The notes: a model not told the origin generated them from the letters alone. Numbered from the whole stretch's first letter, positions 1 through 13,884 are shown. The stretch is 63,793 nucleotides of DNA, filler included, from Octopus bimaculoides (GCF_001194135.2; 6 parts of 5 records of this genome joined end to end with filler, not necessarily neighbours in it), one strand, 5' to 3'. A program made the numbers and translations.

Positions 1-1444
1 TCAAGCAAATTCATTCACAAATCAATGGTCGGGGCTTTAGTAGAAAACACCTGCTCAGGGTGCCGCGCTATGGGGCTGAACAGGAAATCACGTAGATGCA
101 AAGCAAACTTCTTAATCACACAGTTATCTTTAATTGCACGTTAAACAAAATAGTTGTTTCTTGTTGAGGAGGAGAATGGGTATACAGTTGCCTCTTATCA
201 AACATTTGAAGGTCTCCTTATTAGCGAAATGGCATTGGATAATGGTAAAAAAAAAAAAAAAAAATTAGGTGAAAATAAACTTATGTGCATGGATTGACAA
301 GATCGTCTTTGATTCGGTTCTGTACGACTGGTTCTTTAAAAAGAGGATGGAAATCCGTAAATTTAATGACACATTAAGGAATATAGTAATAGCACGAAAG
401 AAATGAGAAACACTCCTTACGCTCTGTTACAGAGTCACGTTTGTAAGCTCTGTAGCACGCACGTATGCGCTAAGTGTGAAATCTGAAATCGTCTTTCATG
501 GGAAATATGACTATAGAGTATTAATTCTTTTGAATTTTTGACACAAGGCTAACAGTTTGTGGAGAAGAGATAAGTTGATTACATCGATACCCATCGCTCA
601 GCTGGTACTTAGTTTATCGAACCCGAAAGGATGAAACATAGTGTCGATCTCGACAGAATTTGAACTCAGAACTGAAAGAGACGGAAGAAAAGGCGCTAAG
701 CATTGTGTCCGATGCACTTAGGATTCAGCCAGCTCGCGACCTATACTATAGTGTATTAATATTTGACAAAGCAATTCTGAATGGCTGTAGTGCCATAATG
801 TTCTACAGAAACGAACTGAAAAGCCATGGAATTGCACTAAGTTAATGAAACAATTACATTTTGACAGGTACAAATGTGTTGATTATCTCATTTATAATTG
901 ATGCAAATAGAATGATACTTTTGTTAAGATATCAATAAGGGTTTCCTGATAAAGAGAGATTGATATTTAATTACTGTGAGCACGCAAAACAACGAGAATC
1001 AAAACAGTGTTGTGTATATCCATTCATAACACATTCTGGTAGACTCGAATGAGAACACAGCTTTTCGATATTCGAGTCTTCTGTAACGTGTTAAGAATGG
1101 ATGGATACACACATCATAGTTTTGATTTTCGCTCTCTAGCGTGTTCATAATAATTCAATTACAGCGAGGTTGGCCTTAGCATACATCATTAAATGTTTCA
1201 TTTATTGATTTCTACAGATAGAAACAGTTGTTTCCGTCTACCTTCAAAAAGACTTTTATCTTTTATCTTTTACTTGTTTCGGTCATTAGACTGCGGTATG
1301 GCCATCCTAGGGTACCATTTGAAATATTTAGACGATCAAATCAATTCCAGTACTTATCTACAAATCTGGGTTTTATTCTAGCCGATTCTAACTTACAGGA
1401 ATGTAAAAAAATCAGCACCAGGCTAATCACACACGCACACGCAT

Positions 1445-1480
<36 letters not shown>

Positions 1481-2123
1481 GCACACATACACAAATATAT
1501 GAACATACATACATATACGACGGGTTTCTTTCAGTTTCTATCTACCGAATCCATCCAGAAAGCTTTAGTCGGCCCGGGGATATAGTAGAAGACATATGCC
1601 TTTGAAATAAAGTGTCTTGCTCAAGGACTCAACGCGCTGCAGTGAATCGATTACAAGCTGAATATCCCTAGCCATTAAGCCATTCCCTTTCATCGGAACG
1701 TGCTAAGAATGAATAGGTACATCATCAGATTGAGAAACGTTGCCGATTATATGATTAACTTAGATGATATTAAAGCATTGTTATGTTATTCACATGTGTA
1801 TCACCTAAGGAGTATCTAATTCATTTTGATGTCATAAAGGAAACACTTGGAATATTTCTCGTATCAAAAGCAATAATTACTATCCACGGGTATAAGACGT
1901 TTCGGCACAGCCGTTTTAGCGCTGTTCATGTGACATCGTTGAAGCAACGCTGTCTTATTTGACAGCAGACGTTTTACCGTTCCTCACATTCTTACTCTCC
2001 TTCTCTTGTCTTTCATCCTTTCGGAATCGATAAATTAAGAACTAGTAGAATATTGGGCTCAATGTGATCGACCACCCCCTTCTCCAGAATCACTGGCCTT
2101 TTGCCAAAATTCGAAATCATCAT

Positions 2124-4465
<2,342 letters not shown>

Positions 4466-6418
4466 AACTTTTATCATATGTTTCCACTATTGTTTGGTAT
4501 CGTTTGTCTATTTTCTAATTCTTCCCCTTTTATTTCTATTTTCTACGCTTATAGTTATGATTTTTTCAAGGATATCTTTTTTAAAAATCTACGCAAATCT
4601 TGTTTGTGTTCATTTGCAAATAAAATTAATTTTCCTCTAATTATTTCAGCCAAAGTTATCAACGATCATTCGAAATATGTCGAGAATAACAAAATCCAGA
4701 ATGTTCCTTTATCTTACAAAACCGCAAAATAACAAAACATATCAATGTCTCTCCACATGTTGCAAAAATGATTACATAACATGTGGCGAAATGGTTGAGT
4801 CGTTAAAGAATCGAATAGAATTAAACTATCTTCTCGTATTTGGACCTGATTGTCTTGAGTTCAAATCCCGCTGAAGCCAACGTCGTTTTTTCACACATTT
4901 GGTCTCTCTTTTACTCTTTTTTTTTGTTATTGTTTTAGTTATTGGACTACAATCATACTGGAGCACCATCTTGAAGGGTTTTAGTCGAATAATCTGTCCA
5001 TAGTGCTTATTATTATTTTAAAGCCAGGTCGACAAAACACACACACACACATATACACACACACACCTATACACAACAGGCTTCCACACAGTTTCTGTAT
5101 ACCATTCACTCACAAGACATTAGTCAACCCACGGCTATAGTAGAAAACTTTGCCCAAGTCGCCGCGGAGTGGGACTGAACCCAAAACCACGTGGTTGCTA
5201 AGTGAACCTCTTGACCACACAGCCACTCTTGCGCCCATAAATAACTTACCAGACCAAGCCATAGCTTGGCAGAACTGTTAAAGCGTCGAGCAAAATACAT
5301 TGAGGGTTTTGTTCCGTATCTCTGGCAATCTTAGTTCAAACCCTGCTGCGGTCAACATTTCCGTTCATCTTCCTGTGGTTTATAAATAAAATACTAGCTT
5401 GAAGCGGTGAATGTGCAGAATTCTTAAAGTGTCGGACTAAAATGCCTTAGAATATTCATTTTGAATTTGAGAATTTTGAGTTCAAATTTCACCACCGCCT
5501 AGTAATTCAAATCTCATCAATGGTTAGGGTTAATATCTAAACAATGCGACCACAACTGGTTGTTATAAAAGTTGCAAATAGGGGTATCATGGTCATCTAG
5601 TACTCCCCTCCACTTTCTCCTTCTCTCATCCCCTCCTCAACTTCTCCTTCTCCCCTCCCTTCCTCTTCCTCTCATCACCCTCCTCCTCCCTTCTATATAT
5701 CCCCCACCTATTCTCCCACTCCTCCCCTCCTCTACATCCCTCCTTCTTCCCCTCCTACTTCATCCCCTCCTTTCTCCTTTTCTTCCACCACTTCCCTCTT
5801 CTTCACCATCCTCGTCCAATTATTTTACTCTTTCTTCTTCTTCTTCTTCTTCTTCTTCTTCTTCTCCTCCTCCCTCCTCCTCTTCCTCCTCCTCCTCCTC
5901 TTCCTCCTCCTCTCCTCCTCCACTTCCTCCACTTCCTCCTCTTCCTCCATTTCCACTTCTTCCTCCACTTCCTCCACTTCNNNNNNNNNNNNNNNNNNNN
6001 NNNNNNNNNNNNNNNNNNNNNNNNNNNNNNNNNNNNNNNNNNNNNNNNNNNNNNNNNNNNNNNNNNNNNNNNNNNNNNNNNNNNNNNNNNNNNNNNNNNN
6101 NNNNNNNNNNNNNNNNNNNNNNNNNNNNNNNNNNNNNNNNNNNNNNNNNNNNNNNNNNNNNNNNNNNNNNNNNNNNNNNNNNNNNNNNNNNNNNNNNNNN
6201 NNNNNNNNNNNNNNNNNNNNNNNNNNNNNNNNNNNNNNNNNNNNNNNNNNNNNNNNNNNNNNNNNNNNNNNNNNNNNNNNNNNNNNNNNNNNNNNNNNNN
6301 NNNNNNNNNNNNNNNNNNNNNNNNNNNNNNNNNNNNNNNNNNNNNNNNNNNNNNNNNNNNNNNNNNNNNNNNNNNNNNNNNNNNNNNNNNNNNNNNNNNN
6401 NNNNNNNNNNNNNNNNNN

Positions 6419-6453
<35 letters not shown>

Positions 6454-6844
6454 TTTTTTCTTTTGTTTACACACTTTTTTTTACCCATTTTAACTAAATG
6501 AATTTCGATCCCAAAATATGCAGCCTGGCAAATTGTTTAGTTTCGCTTGTGGGATAATCCAATTATGAACAATTCACGTGATCAGCTTTAGCCAATGAAA
6601 CAGTGAGTCTCAGACGCTATCTTGAGCAAAAGAACATTTCATTACACGGCACCAAATTAGGCTCCGCAGGTGAACGTAAATGTGGGAATTAAATAAAAGC
6701 ATAGAGCTCAGCCTTGATGAAGAAGTCCAAGCGGTTTCGATTTCGATCCCAGTGCGCGGTAGCCTCGAGCTGACCAGTTCGCCTTGTGAGAGAATTTGAT
6801 AGACGGAAAGTGTGTGGAAGACCATCATAGAATGTATGTATGTC

Positions 6845-7165
6845 ATTATTATGGAAATCAGCTACCCAGCGGATGTTAGCATAAATCTAAACATCAGCGA
6901 AAAAGAGAATACCTATGCTGAACTATTGGGAAATTTACAATTAGTCTATGCAGTTTACAAGATCAAGTTTATACCTGTAATTATTAGGGCAATGGGATAT
7001 GTAACACACTGCCCAGGCACCAATCTTGAGAAACTAAGCTTCTCAAAAACAAAAAAGAGAAAGCTGATTCGAAGACTACAGATCCAAGCCATCACTGGAA
7101 CTGTAACAATGTATAAAACTTCCCAAAAGTTTATCATCTAAGTGTATATGCGCATGCTTATGTAT
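6845..7165 (+). mobile_element. 3' end of a restriction-like-endonuclease (R4/Dong-type) non-LTR element
   Basis: IIMEISYPADVSINLNISEKENTYAELL..FIPVIIRAMG..RLQIQAITGT..* follows the RLE C-terminal pattern (E.S.P.D.N...K..EK..KY..L; PIIIGALG); (TATG)n tail. Confidence 0.7.
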
Positions 7166-7197
7166 GTATGTATGTATGTATGTATGTATGTGTGTGT

Positions 7198-7367
7198 CAC
7201 ACAGTAATGTTCTCGATCGAACTCCCCCTTTTTCCCTTCCTACGATCCCTTTTGATCGACACCACCCCCTTTTTTTTCTTTTTTCCTTCCTTCCCCCTCC
7301 CAAAAAGAAAAGCTCTACATTGTATTTGTCCCATCTTCGTTGAGCCCTGTGTGGCTAATAAAAGAAA
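7198..7367 (+). mobile_element. Short Tx1-like 3' tail insertion in a microsatellite
   Basis: Ends GAGCCCTGTGTGGCTAATAAAAGAAAT; flanked by TGTATGTATGTGTGTGT at 7181-7197 and 7368-7384 (possible TSD, ambiguous in repeat context). Confidence 0.55.
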
Positions 7368-7371
7368 TGTA

Positions 7372-7422
<51 letters not shown>

Positions 7423-7711
7423 GCGTGCATGTCTCTATAAATGTATGTACAAATACACACAAACACACATACACGCGCTCTCACACACATAAAAATGGAA
7501 GCTGTTCATTTTGATTTACTGGGGACAATGCTTTTGGATAATAACCGTTGTGTAACATTAGGCGTGAATATAATAGCTTCTCCTATATGTATACGTGTGT
7601 ACGTGCGTGTGTACGTGCGTGTGTACGTACGTGTGTGTGTGTGTGTGTGAACAACTTACAGTACACATGTACATACGTCCATATATATATGTCTGTGCAT
7701 GTGTCTATATA

Positions 7712-7793
<82 letters not shown>

Positions 7794-8623
7794 TGAAAGA
7801 GAAAAAGAGAATGTGTGTGTTGCGTGTATGCATGAGAGAGAGAAAGGGAGTGGGGAGAGGAGCAGAAAAAGACAAATAGAGACGGAAAGGTGGTGGGAGT
7901 TGGACGATAGTAAATGAAATCTCGCCAGCAAGTCTTCAAAATCTGGCACAAAATTTGTTTTGTAACATGAAAATAAAACATGATAACATTGTTTCGAGAA
8001 ATGTTTACGACGTTATTGNNNNNNNNNNNNNNNNNNNNNNNNNNNNNNNNNNNNNNNNNNNNNNNNNNNNNNNNNNNNNNNNNNNNNNNNNNNNNNNNNN
8101 NNNNNNNNNNNNNNNNNNNNNNNNNNNNNNNNNNNNNNNNNNNNNNNNNNNNNNNNNNNNNNNNNNNNNNNNNNNNNNNNNNNNNNNNNNNNNNNNNNNN
8201 NNNNNNNNNNNNNNNNNNNNNNNNNNNNNNNNNNNNNNNNNNNNNNNNNNNNNNNNNNNNNNNNNNNNNNNNNNNNNNNNNNNNNNNNNNNNNNNNNNNN
8301 NNNNNNNNNNNNNNNNNNNNNNNNNNNNNNNNNNNNNNNNNNNNNNNNNNNNNNNNNNNNNNNNNNNNNNNNNNNNNNNNNNNNNNNNNNNNNNNNNNNN
8401 NNNNNNNNNNNNNNNNNNNNNNNNNNNNNNNNNNNNNNNNNNNNNNNNNNNNNNNNNNNNNNNNNNNNNNNNNNNNNNNNNNNNNNNNNNNNNNNNNNNN
8501 NNNNNNNNNNNNNNNNNNNNNNNNNNNNNNNNNNNNNNNNNNNNNNNNNNNNNNNNNNNNNNNNNNNNNNNNNNNNNNNNNNNNNNNNNNNNNNNNNNNN
8601 NNNNNNNNNNNNNNNNNNNNNNN

Positions 8624-8672
<49 letters not shown>

Positions 8673-8699
8673 TACGTCATAAATACACAGTAGTGGGTA

Positions 8700-9000
8700 T
8701 GGTATAGTTGATGAGTTGAAGTTACTGTGGTCACTGTGGGATGAACAGTGTTGTATGTTACATATGCTGTCATTTGTATATTGAGACATTGTCTTGTCTG
8801 GTCTGGCGTTGTTTAAACTGCTTCCCCCGCGATACCCAAAGGATCCGTCCATGACAACCTCCACGTGCGATACTTATCTATATGTACTGACCTGAGATCA
8901 CTGAGCAAGTGAACTTGTTTCCAAGCTGATCCCAGGCCAAGCAGCATATTCACACACCTTGCTCTCAGCACAACCATGTTTGTAGGAGAAAGGAAATAGG
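8700..9000 (-). mobile_element. Possible CR1/L2-group LINE 3' relic
   Basis: SFGYRG, LLSDLRSVH and TPDQ fragments resemble the SLGFRGPQLFN.LP..LR / VPDEP terminus; weak. Confidence 0.4.
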
Positions 9001-9194
9001 TCACTTATCATGGTCTTCAAGAAGCAAGGATTTTCTTGGCCTCTCTTCGAACGAATGTTTCTTTAAAGTCCTTCTAAAAATCTTTTTACCTACTTTTTTT
9101 ATATAAATCTTCACACTTTTCGGGAATGTTGCTCAAATTGTTTTCTAACCGTCTGATGAATGACGATATGCATCCATATTGTATTGAAATACAT

Positions 9195-9231
<37 letters not shown>

Positions 9232-10353
9232 ATATGGATATGTATGTTACTGTTGAGGCAGCACTCTATTCTCAATAAGTGTAGTCTATAGTTAATACTG
9301 TGTGCTGTGATTTGAATTAGTTCGGCTGCTATTTCTACCGAATCAGCCGACTATGTAGAGGCTCCTACGTTGGGATGTAATAAAAACAATTTTGTGTATG
9401 TTTTACTCCTCGGTAGAAAGCAGTTAGTTGATGAATTTAGTGGTAATGAGTGAAGAAATCAATTAGTTAATGGCCAACTGAACATTTCATCATCAATAAT
9501 GACTAATAATTTACCAGAATTACGCAGATAAGACCAAAAAAACTATATTCCTTTCCTCCATTTTTGTCCAGCGTTGTCTCTCTCTCACCGTTTCAACTCT
9601 CCCTTTTATGCTTTGTATTCTCCCGACGTCATCGTTTACTATTTCGTTTTATTTTTGTTTGTCCCTGACTCTGTCTTTCCGTCTGTCTGTTTGCTTGTCT
9701 ATTTGTCCGTCTGTCTGTTTGTTTGTCTATTTGTCCGTCTGTTTATGTCTCTGTCTCTAGCAGCCAATTCCCTCTCAAATAACGTGTTGTTCTCTCAAGA
9801 AAACAAGGATGCTCTAATAAATGAGATATGGTCAAAGATATCCTATGTTTGGATGGTCACAATTAGAACGTCTTTGATCATAGGTCAGTTTGATCATGGC
9901 TAAGGGCAAAATAAGAAACCGTTATACATTCTTGTGTAACGGTTTCTAATTTAGACAGAAAGAAGCAATTTTGATGGGAGGGAACTAATCAATACCATCG
10001 GACCAAATACTTACCTCATAGTTTCTATTATTATTATCGACCCCAAAAGAAAAAAAGCCTGTAGCATATATATGTATATATATATATATATATGCATATA
10101 CACACACGCGCGCATACACACACATGTATATCTATACCTATGTGTGTGCGTCTTTGTGTCTGGGTTTGTCTCACCGCTTGTCAACCGGTTTTGGTGAGTT
10201 TAAGTCCCTGTAACTTCGCAGTTCGGCAATAAGTCCTGGGGTCGATTTATTTGACAAAAAACCGACCCCTTTAAGGCGGTGCTCCAGCGTGGCCACAGTC
10301 ATGGCTAAAACATAAAAGATAACAGACAGAACATCACTACGCCATATGCCTGT

Positions 10354-10663
10354 AGGCATATGGCGTAGTGGTTAAGAGCGCGGGTTACTAACCCCAAGAT
10401 TCCGAGTTCGATTCCAACCAGTGACATGAAGAAGAAGAAGAAGAACAACAACAACAACAACAATAATAATAATAGTAATAACACCGAAAAAATACATTAG
10501 GAATGAGAATCCAGGTTCGAAATTTCCCCAAGACACCTGATGAAGGCTGGAGGGCATATCAGCCGAAACTTGTGTTAACAACAAACAAGATGAGGACGAA
10601 TATCCGTCAAATGTAGATAATGTAAATAATGTACATAATTCCTCATCTCCTAAATATAGAACT
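10354..10663 (+). mobile_element. Family A element: tRNA-like head + (AAG/AAC/AAT)n + hammerhead + tail
   Basis: A box TGGCGTAGTGG, B box GAGTTCGATTC; near-identical to 13343-13630 (minus); both copies end at ...AAATATAGAACT; 17-bp inverted duplication at the 5' end. Confidence 0.8.
10532..10576 (+). ncRNA. Hammerhead motif, family A, helix III damaged
   Basis: GACAC CUGAUGA A GGCUG-GAGGGCAUAU-CAGCC GAAAC-UU GUGUU; lacks the G of ACGU present in the 13.4 kb copy. Confidence 0.6.
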
Positions 10664-11710
10664 CTAGAACATCTTTTTGTTTGTTATTAAGTTAAAAATA
10701 GTTTAACAACCCCTGATTGTCATTGGTTATGTGATTGCATAACATAACAGCTCTCGGTAGATGAGTATAATTAGCGGCTTTTTATAACTAAGCACACTAT
10801 AATCTTATTATTAGTATGATTTAAGTATTAAGCATTTAATTTCAAAATCATTTCATCTCCCTTCAGGCGTTTGAAGATGGCCGTTTTTGTAAGACAAATT
10901 GTTGTTGAATTAAATAGCGGTAACCGAAAAATAAATCGTTGATGTTTAGGTGAGTGTACACGTATGCGATTTACAGAAATTACTTCTGTCCACCACAAAG
11001 ATAATGGTTATATGAGTTCCTCTGTTTCACATTATCTCTTAATTAGTGTCCGCTGTGTTGGAAGGATGAATGGTGATTGAAAAACAAAAACAAAAAAAAA
11101 ATCAACTGATGCGGTAAGATGAGTTGCATCCCACCATATCTCTTTTCCCTCGCTATCGCTTTCCTTTAAATTCCAGCATCAGTTTCTTCGCTCTCATCCC
11201 CCCCTCTCTCTCTCTCTCTCGCTGTCTCGAGTGTGTAAGTGTGTGTGTATGTGTGTGTAATATTGATAGCAAATTTTGGCACAAAACCAGCAATTTCGGT
11301 GGGAGAAGCTAAGTTGATTATATCGACCCCCAGTACGCAACTGGTACTTATTTTGTCGACCCCGAAAGGATGAAAGCAAAGTCGACCTCAGTGGAATTTG
11401 AACTCAGAAGAATGTGAAGACGGGAGAAATACCGCTAAGCATTTCGCCCGGGACGCAAATGATTCTACCAATATATTATACACGGGATAAAGAGCTGGCA
11501 GAATCGTTACCGTGTCGGATAAAATACTCAGAAGTATTTCCTCCAGTATGTTTATGTTCTAAGATCAAATGCTGCTGAAGTCGACATTGTTGTTTACCCT
11601 TTTGAGATCGATAAAATAAGTATCGGTTGCTTAATGGGATCGACTAGCCTCTTCGCCATCCAAATTTCAGGCCTTTAGGCTTATATCAGAAAGAATATTA
11701 TATATACATA

Positions 11711-11880
11711 TAGGGTGGTGCGGCAGAGAGGACGGACATTTTTTGAAAAAATCACAAATCGCATTAATTTTAGCTGCAAACAAATCTTATTGATATCAAT
11801 GTGTTCGCATTGAATTAGCATTTGTCAAAGCCAAGTGCGGAAACGTTCACGTCGTGTCCGTTTTCAGAGATGCACTTTTT
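11711..11880 (-). mobile_element. Partial second copy of the same Tc1/mariner end
   Basis: Aligns to 12319-12480. Confidence 0.7.
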
Positions 11881-12061
11881 GCGGCTCGAAAAAAACAAAA
11901 AACAAAAACAGACTGATAGAATAAGGCTTGCAAAGAATAAGTGCTGGGATCGATTTGTTCGACTAAAGGCAGTGCTCCAGCATTGCCACAGCCAAATGAC
12001 TGAAACAAATAAAAGAATTAAAAAATGAATAAAAGAATATATACAGGATATAGGGTGGAGC

Positions 12062-12315
12062 GTGAAGGTGCCTGGCTTAGTGGTTAGGGTGTCAGCATCA
12101 TGATTCTAAGATTGTGGTTTCGATTCCTGGACCGGGCGATGCGTTGTATTCTTGAGCAAAACACTTCATTTCACGTTGCTCCAGTCCACTCAGCTGGCAA
12201 AAATGAGTAACGCTGCGATGGACCGGCGTCCCGTCCAGCTGGGGAGCACATACGCCATTGAAACCGGGCCCATGAGCCTGGTTAGGCTTTAAAAGGGCGC
12301 ATTTATTATTTTTTT
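12062..12315 (+). mobile_element. tRNA-derived SINE with 14-bp TSD
   Basis: A box TGGCTTAGTGG, B box GGTTTCGATTCC; ATATAGGGTGGAGC duplicated at 12048-12061 and 12316-12329. Confidence 0.85.
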
Positions 12316-12318
12316 ATA

Positions 12319-12860
12319 TAGGGTGGAGCAGAGAGGACGGACAGTTTTGAAAAATCCACAAAATCATTAATTTTAGCTACAAATCTTATTGACATCAATG
12401 TGTTCGTATTGAATTAGCATTTGTCAAAATCAAGTGTGGAAAACAGCATCCATCATGTGGTGTCCGTTTTCATTGATGCATTTTCGAAAGTGTTCTTGGA
12501 AGTTGGCCTCCACTCTCTCCAGCATTGCTCTGTGCATAGTCCCATGGTTTCAACTGTTGCCCAATGACCAATTTGTACGGGTGGAAATACAGGTCTTCAT
12601 GCAAAATACGCCTTACTGATCGATTACCGATGCCAAGTTCAGAGCGATTCGGTCTCCGTGTCAAAGCTTGTCTGACGCGTAACTGTCGTAGGTAAACAGG
12701 CGATGTTCTATCGTCCACAGCACCATGGCTTCACCTGAAAACAAAAACAAAAATGCTATAACACCACAGACCGAATGGTATCTGTCAGACATATATCTCT
12801 CCCACTGAGGGTGAGTAATAATCATTTCAAAAACGTCCGTCTTCCGTGCTCCACCTGCTA
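12319..12860 (-). mobile_element. Internally deleted Tc1/mariner element (DD41D/rosa-like by inference)
   Basis: About 30-bp imperfect TIRs (GGGTGGAGCAGAGAGGACGGACAGTTTTGAAA), TA at both ends; start MVLWTIEHRLFTYDSY (ATG 12726), RSVRRILHEDLYFHPYKL, C-terminus GHHMMDAVFHT*. Confidence 0.8.
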
Positions 12861-13005
12861 CATACATACATACATACATACATACATACAAACAGACAGA
12901 TTGACAGACAGACACCAACACACTAACACACACTAGGTAGATAAGTATGTCTGAACCTATATCTCTCACCGTGCATATTATATATATATATATATATATT
13001 ATAAT

Positions 13006-13029
<24 letters not shown>

Positions 13030-13042
<13 letters not shown>

Positions 13043-13235
13043 CTTTATTGAAAAGCAGCAGAAATATCACAAAAACTGTAACTCATAGCTTTACGTTCCT
13101 GTTCGTCGGACGTCATTTTGCTCGCTTCCCGACATTTTTTCTCTTTTTTCTCTTCTACTGTTTTCTTCTCTTCTATTTATTTTATATCCTTTCAGAAACT
13201 TCTGCCAGGCATTACTCATTACAATGCGTCTTGGC
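13030..13235 (-). mobile_element. Family B PLE-like 3' end with degenerate hammerhead
   Basis: TTTATTGAAAAGCAGCAGAAATATCACAAAAACTGTAACTC matches the 24.4 kb arms; minus strand reads CCGACGA ACA GGAA CGU AAAG CUAUGAG UU ACAG; upstream minus frame RRIVMSNAWQKFLKG. Confidence 0.6.
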
Positions 13236-13342
13236 CTAACGGCCCTGAATGTTTGTCTTCGCCGATTGTTTACTCTGTACGTCCACTCTGTCGAATAAGA
13301 AATAAGTCCTGGGGTCGATTCATTCGACTAAAATACCCTCCA

Positions 13343-13712
13343 AGTTCTATATTTAAGAGATGAGGAATTATTTACATTATTTACATTATCTACATTTGAC
13401 GGATATTCGTCCTCATCTTGTTTGTTGTTAACACAACGTTTCGGCTGATATACCCTCCAGCCTTCGTCAGGTGTCTTGGGGAAATTTCGAACCTGGGTTC
13501 TCATTCCTATCGATGTTACTATTATTATTATTATAATATTATTATTATTATTAATCAGGTCGCTGCCGTGAATCGAACTCGGAACCTTGGGGTTAGTAGC
13601 CCGCGCTCTTAACCACTACGCCATATGCCCGTGGGCAATTATGGGGTGAATTTTAAGGCTTATAAATCTATTATTTTTCTATCCTTCCTCAATACCGGTT
13701 CCCATATGCTAT
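13343..13712 (-). mobile_element. Family A element, second copy, with extra upstream sequence running into a gap
   Basis: Same head, (AAT)n, hammerhead and tail; the upstream 80 nt translate on the minus strand as SIWEPVLRKDRKIIDL*, resembling a PLE ORF C-terminus. Confidence 0.8.
13430..13475 (-). ncRNA. Minimal type I hammerhead ribozyme (PLE type), apparently intact, family A
   Basis: GACAC CUGACGA A GGCUG-GAGGGUAUAU-CAGCC GAA ACGU U GUGUU: helix I GACAC/GUGUU, full core, extra A before helix II, 5-bp helix II, palindromic ACGU helix III, GUU site (predicted cut between 13435 and 13434). Confidence 0.75.
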
Positions 13713-13756
13713 NNNNNNNNNNNNNNNNNNNNNNNNNNNNNNNNNNNNNNNNNNNN

Positions 13757-13768
13757 TTAATTAATTAA
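13757..13768. other. Assembly gap linker TTAATTAATTAA (also 30887, 35715, 57503, 62667)
   Basis: Identical 12-mer centred in N runs five times; stops in all six frames. Confidence 0.9.
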
Positions 13769-13812
13769 NNNNNNNNNNNNNNNNNNNNNNNNNNNNNNNN
13801 NNNNNNNNNNNN

Positions 13813-13884
13813 CGATACCCTTTTTTTTTTTTTTGCCCCTACCGATCCCCTCTGTGTTAAGCCCTGTGTGGCTAATAAAGAAAC
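13813..13884 (+). mobile_element. Tx1-like 3' tail, second copy
   Basis: AAGCCCTGTGTGGCTAATAAAGAAA followed by (ACCT)n(ATCT)n. Confidence 0.5.

Noticed and set aside
1885-1925. Hammerhead from CCGAAACGTC on the minus strand
   Set aside because: No CUGANGA or helix II partner upstream.
10354-10425. Functional tRNA gene at the family A head
   Set aside because: Anticodon and acceptor stems do not pair fully and it is fused to repeat sequence; it is a tRNA-derived head only.
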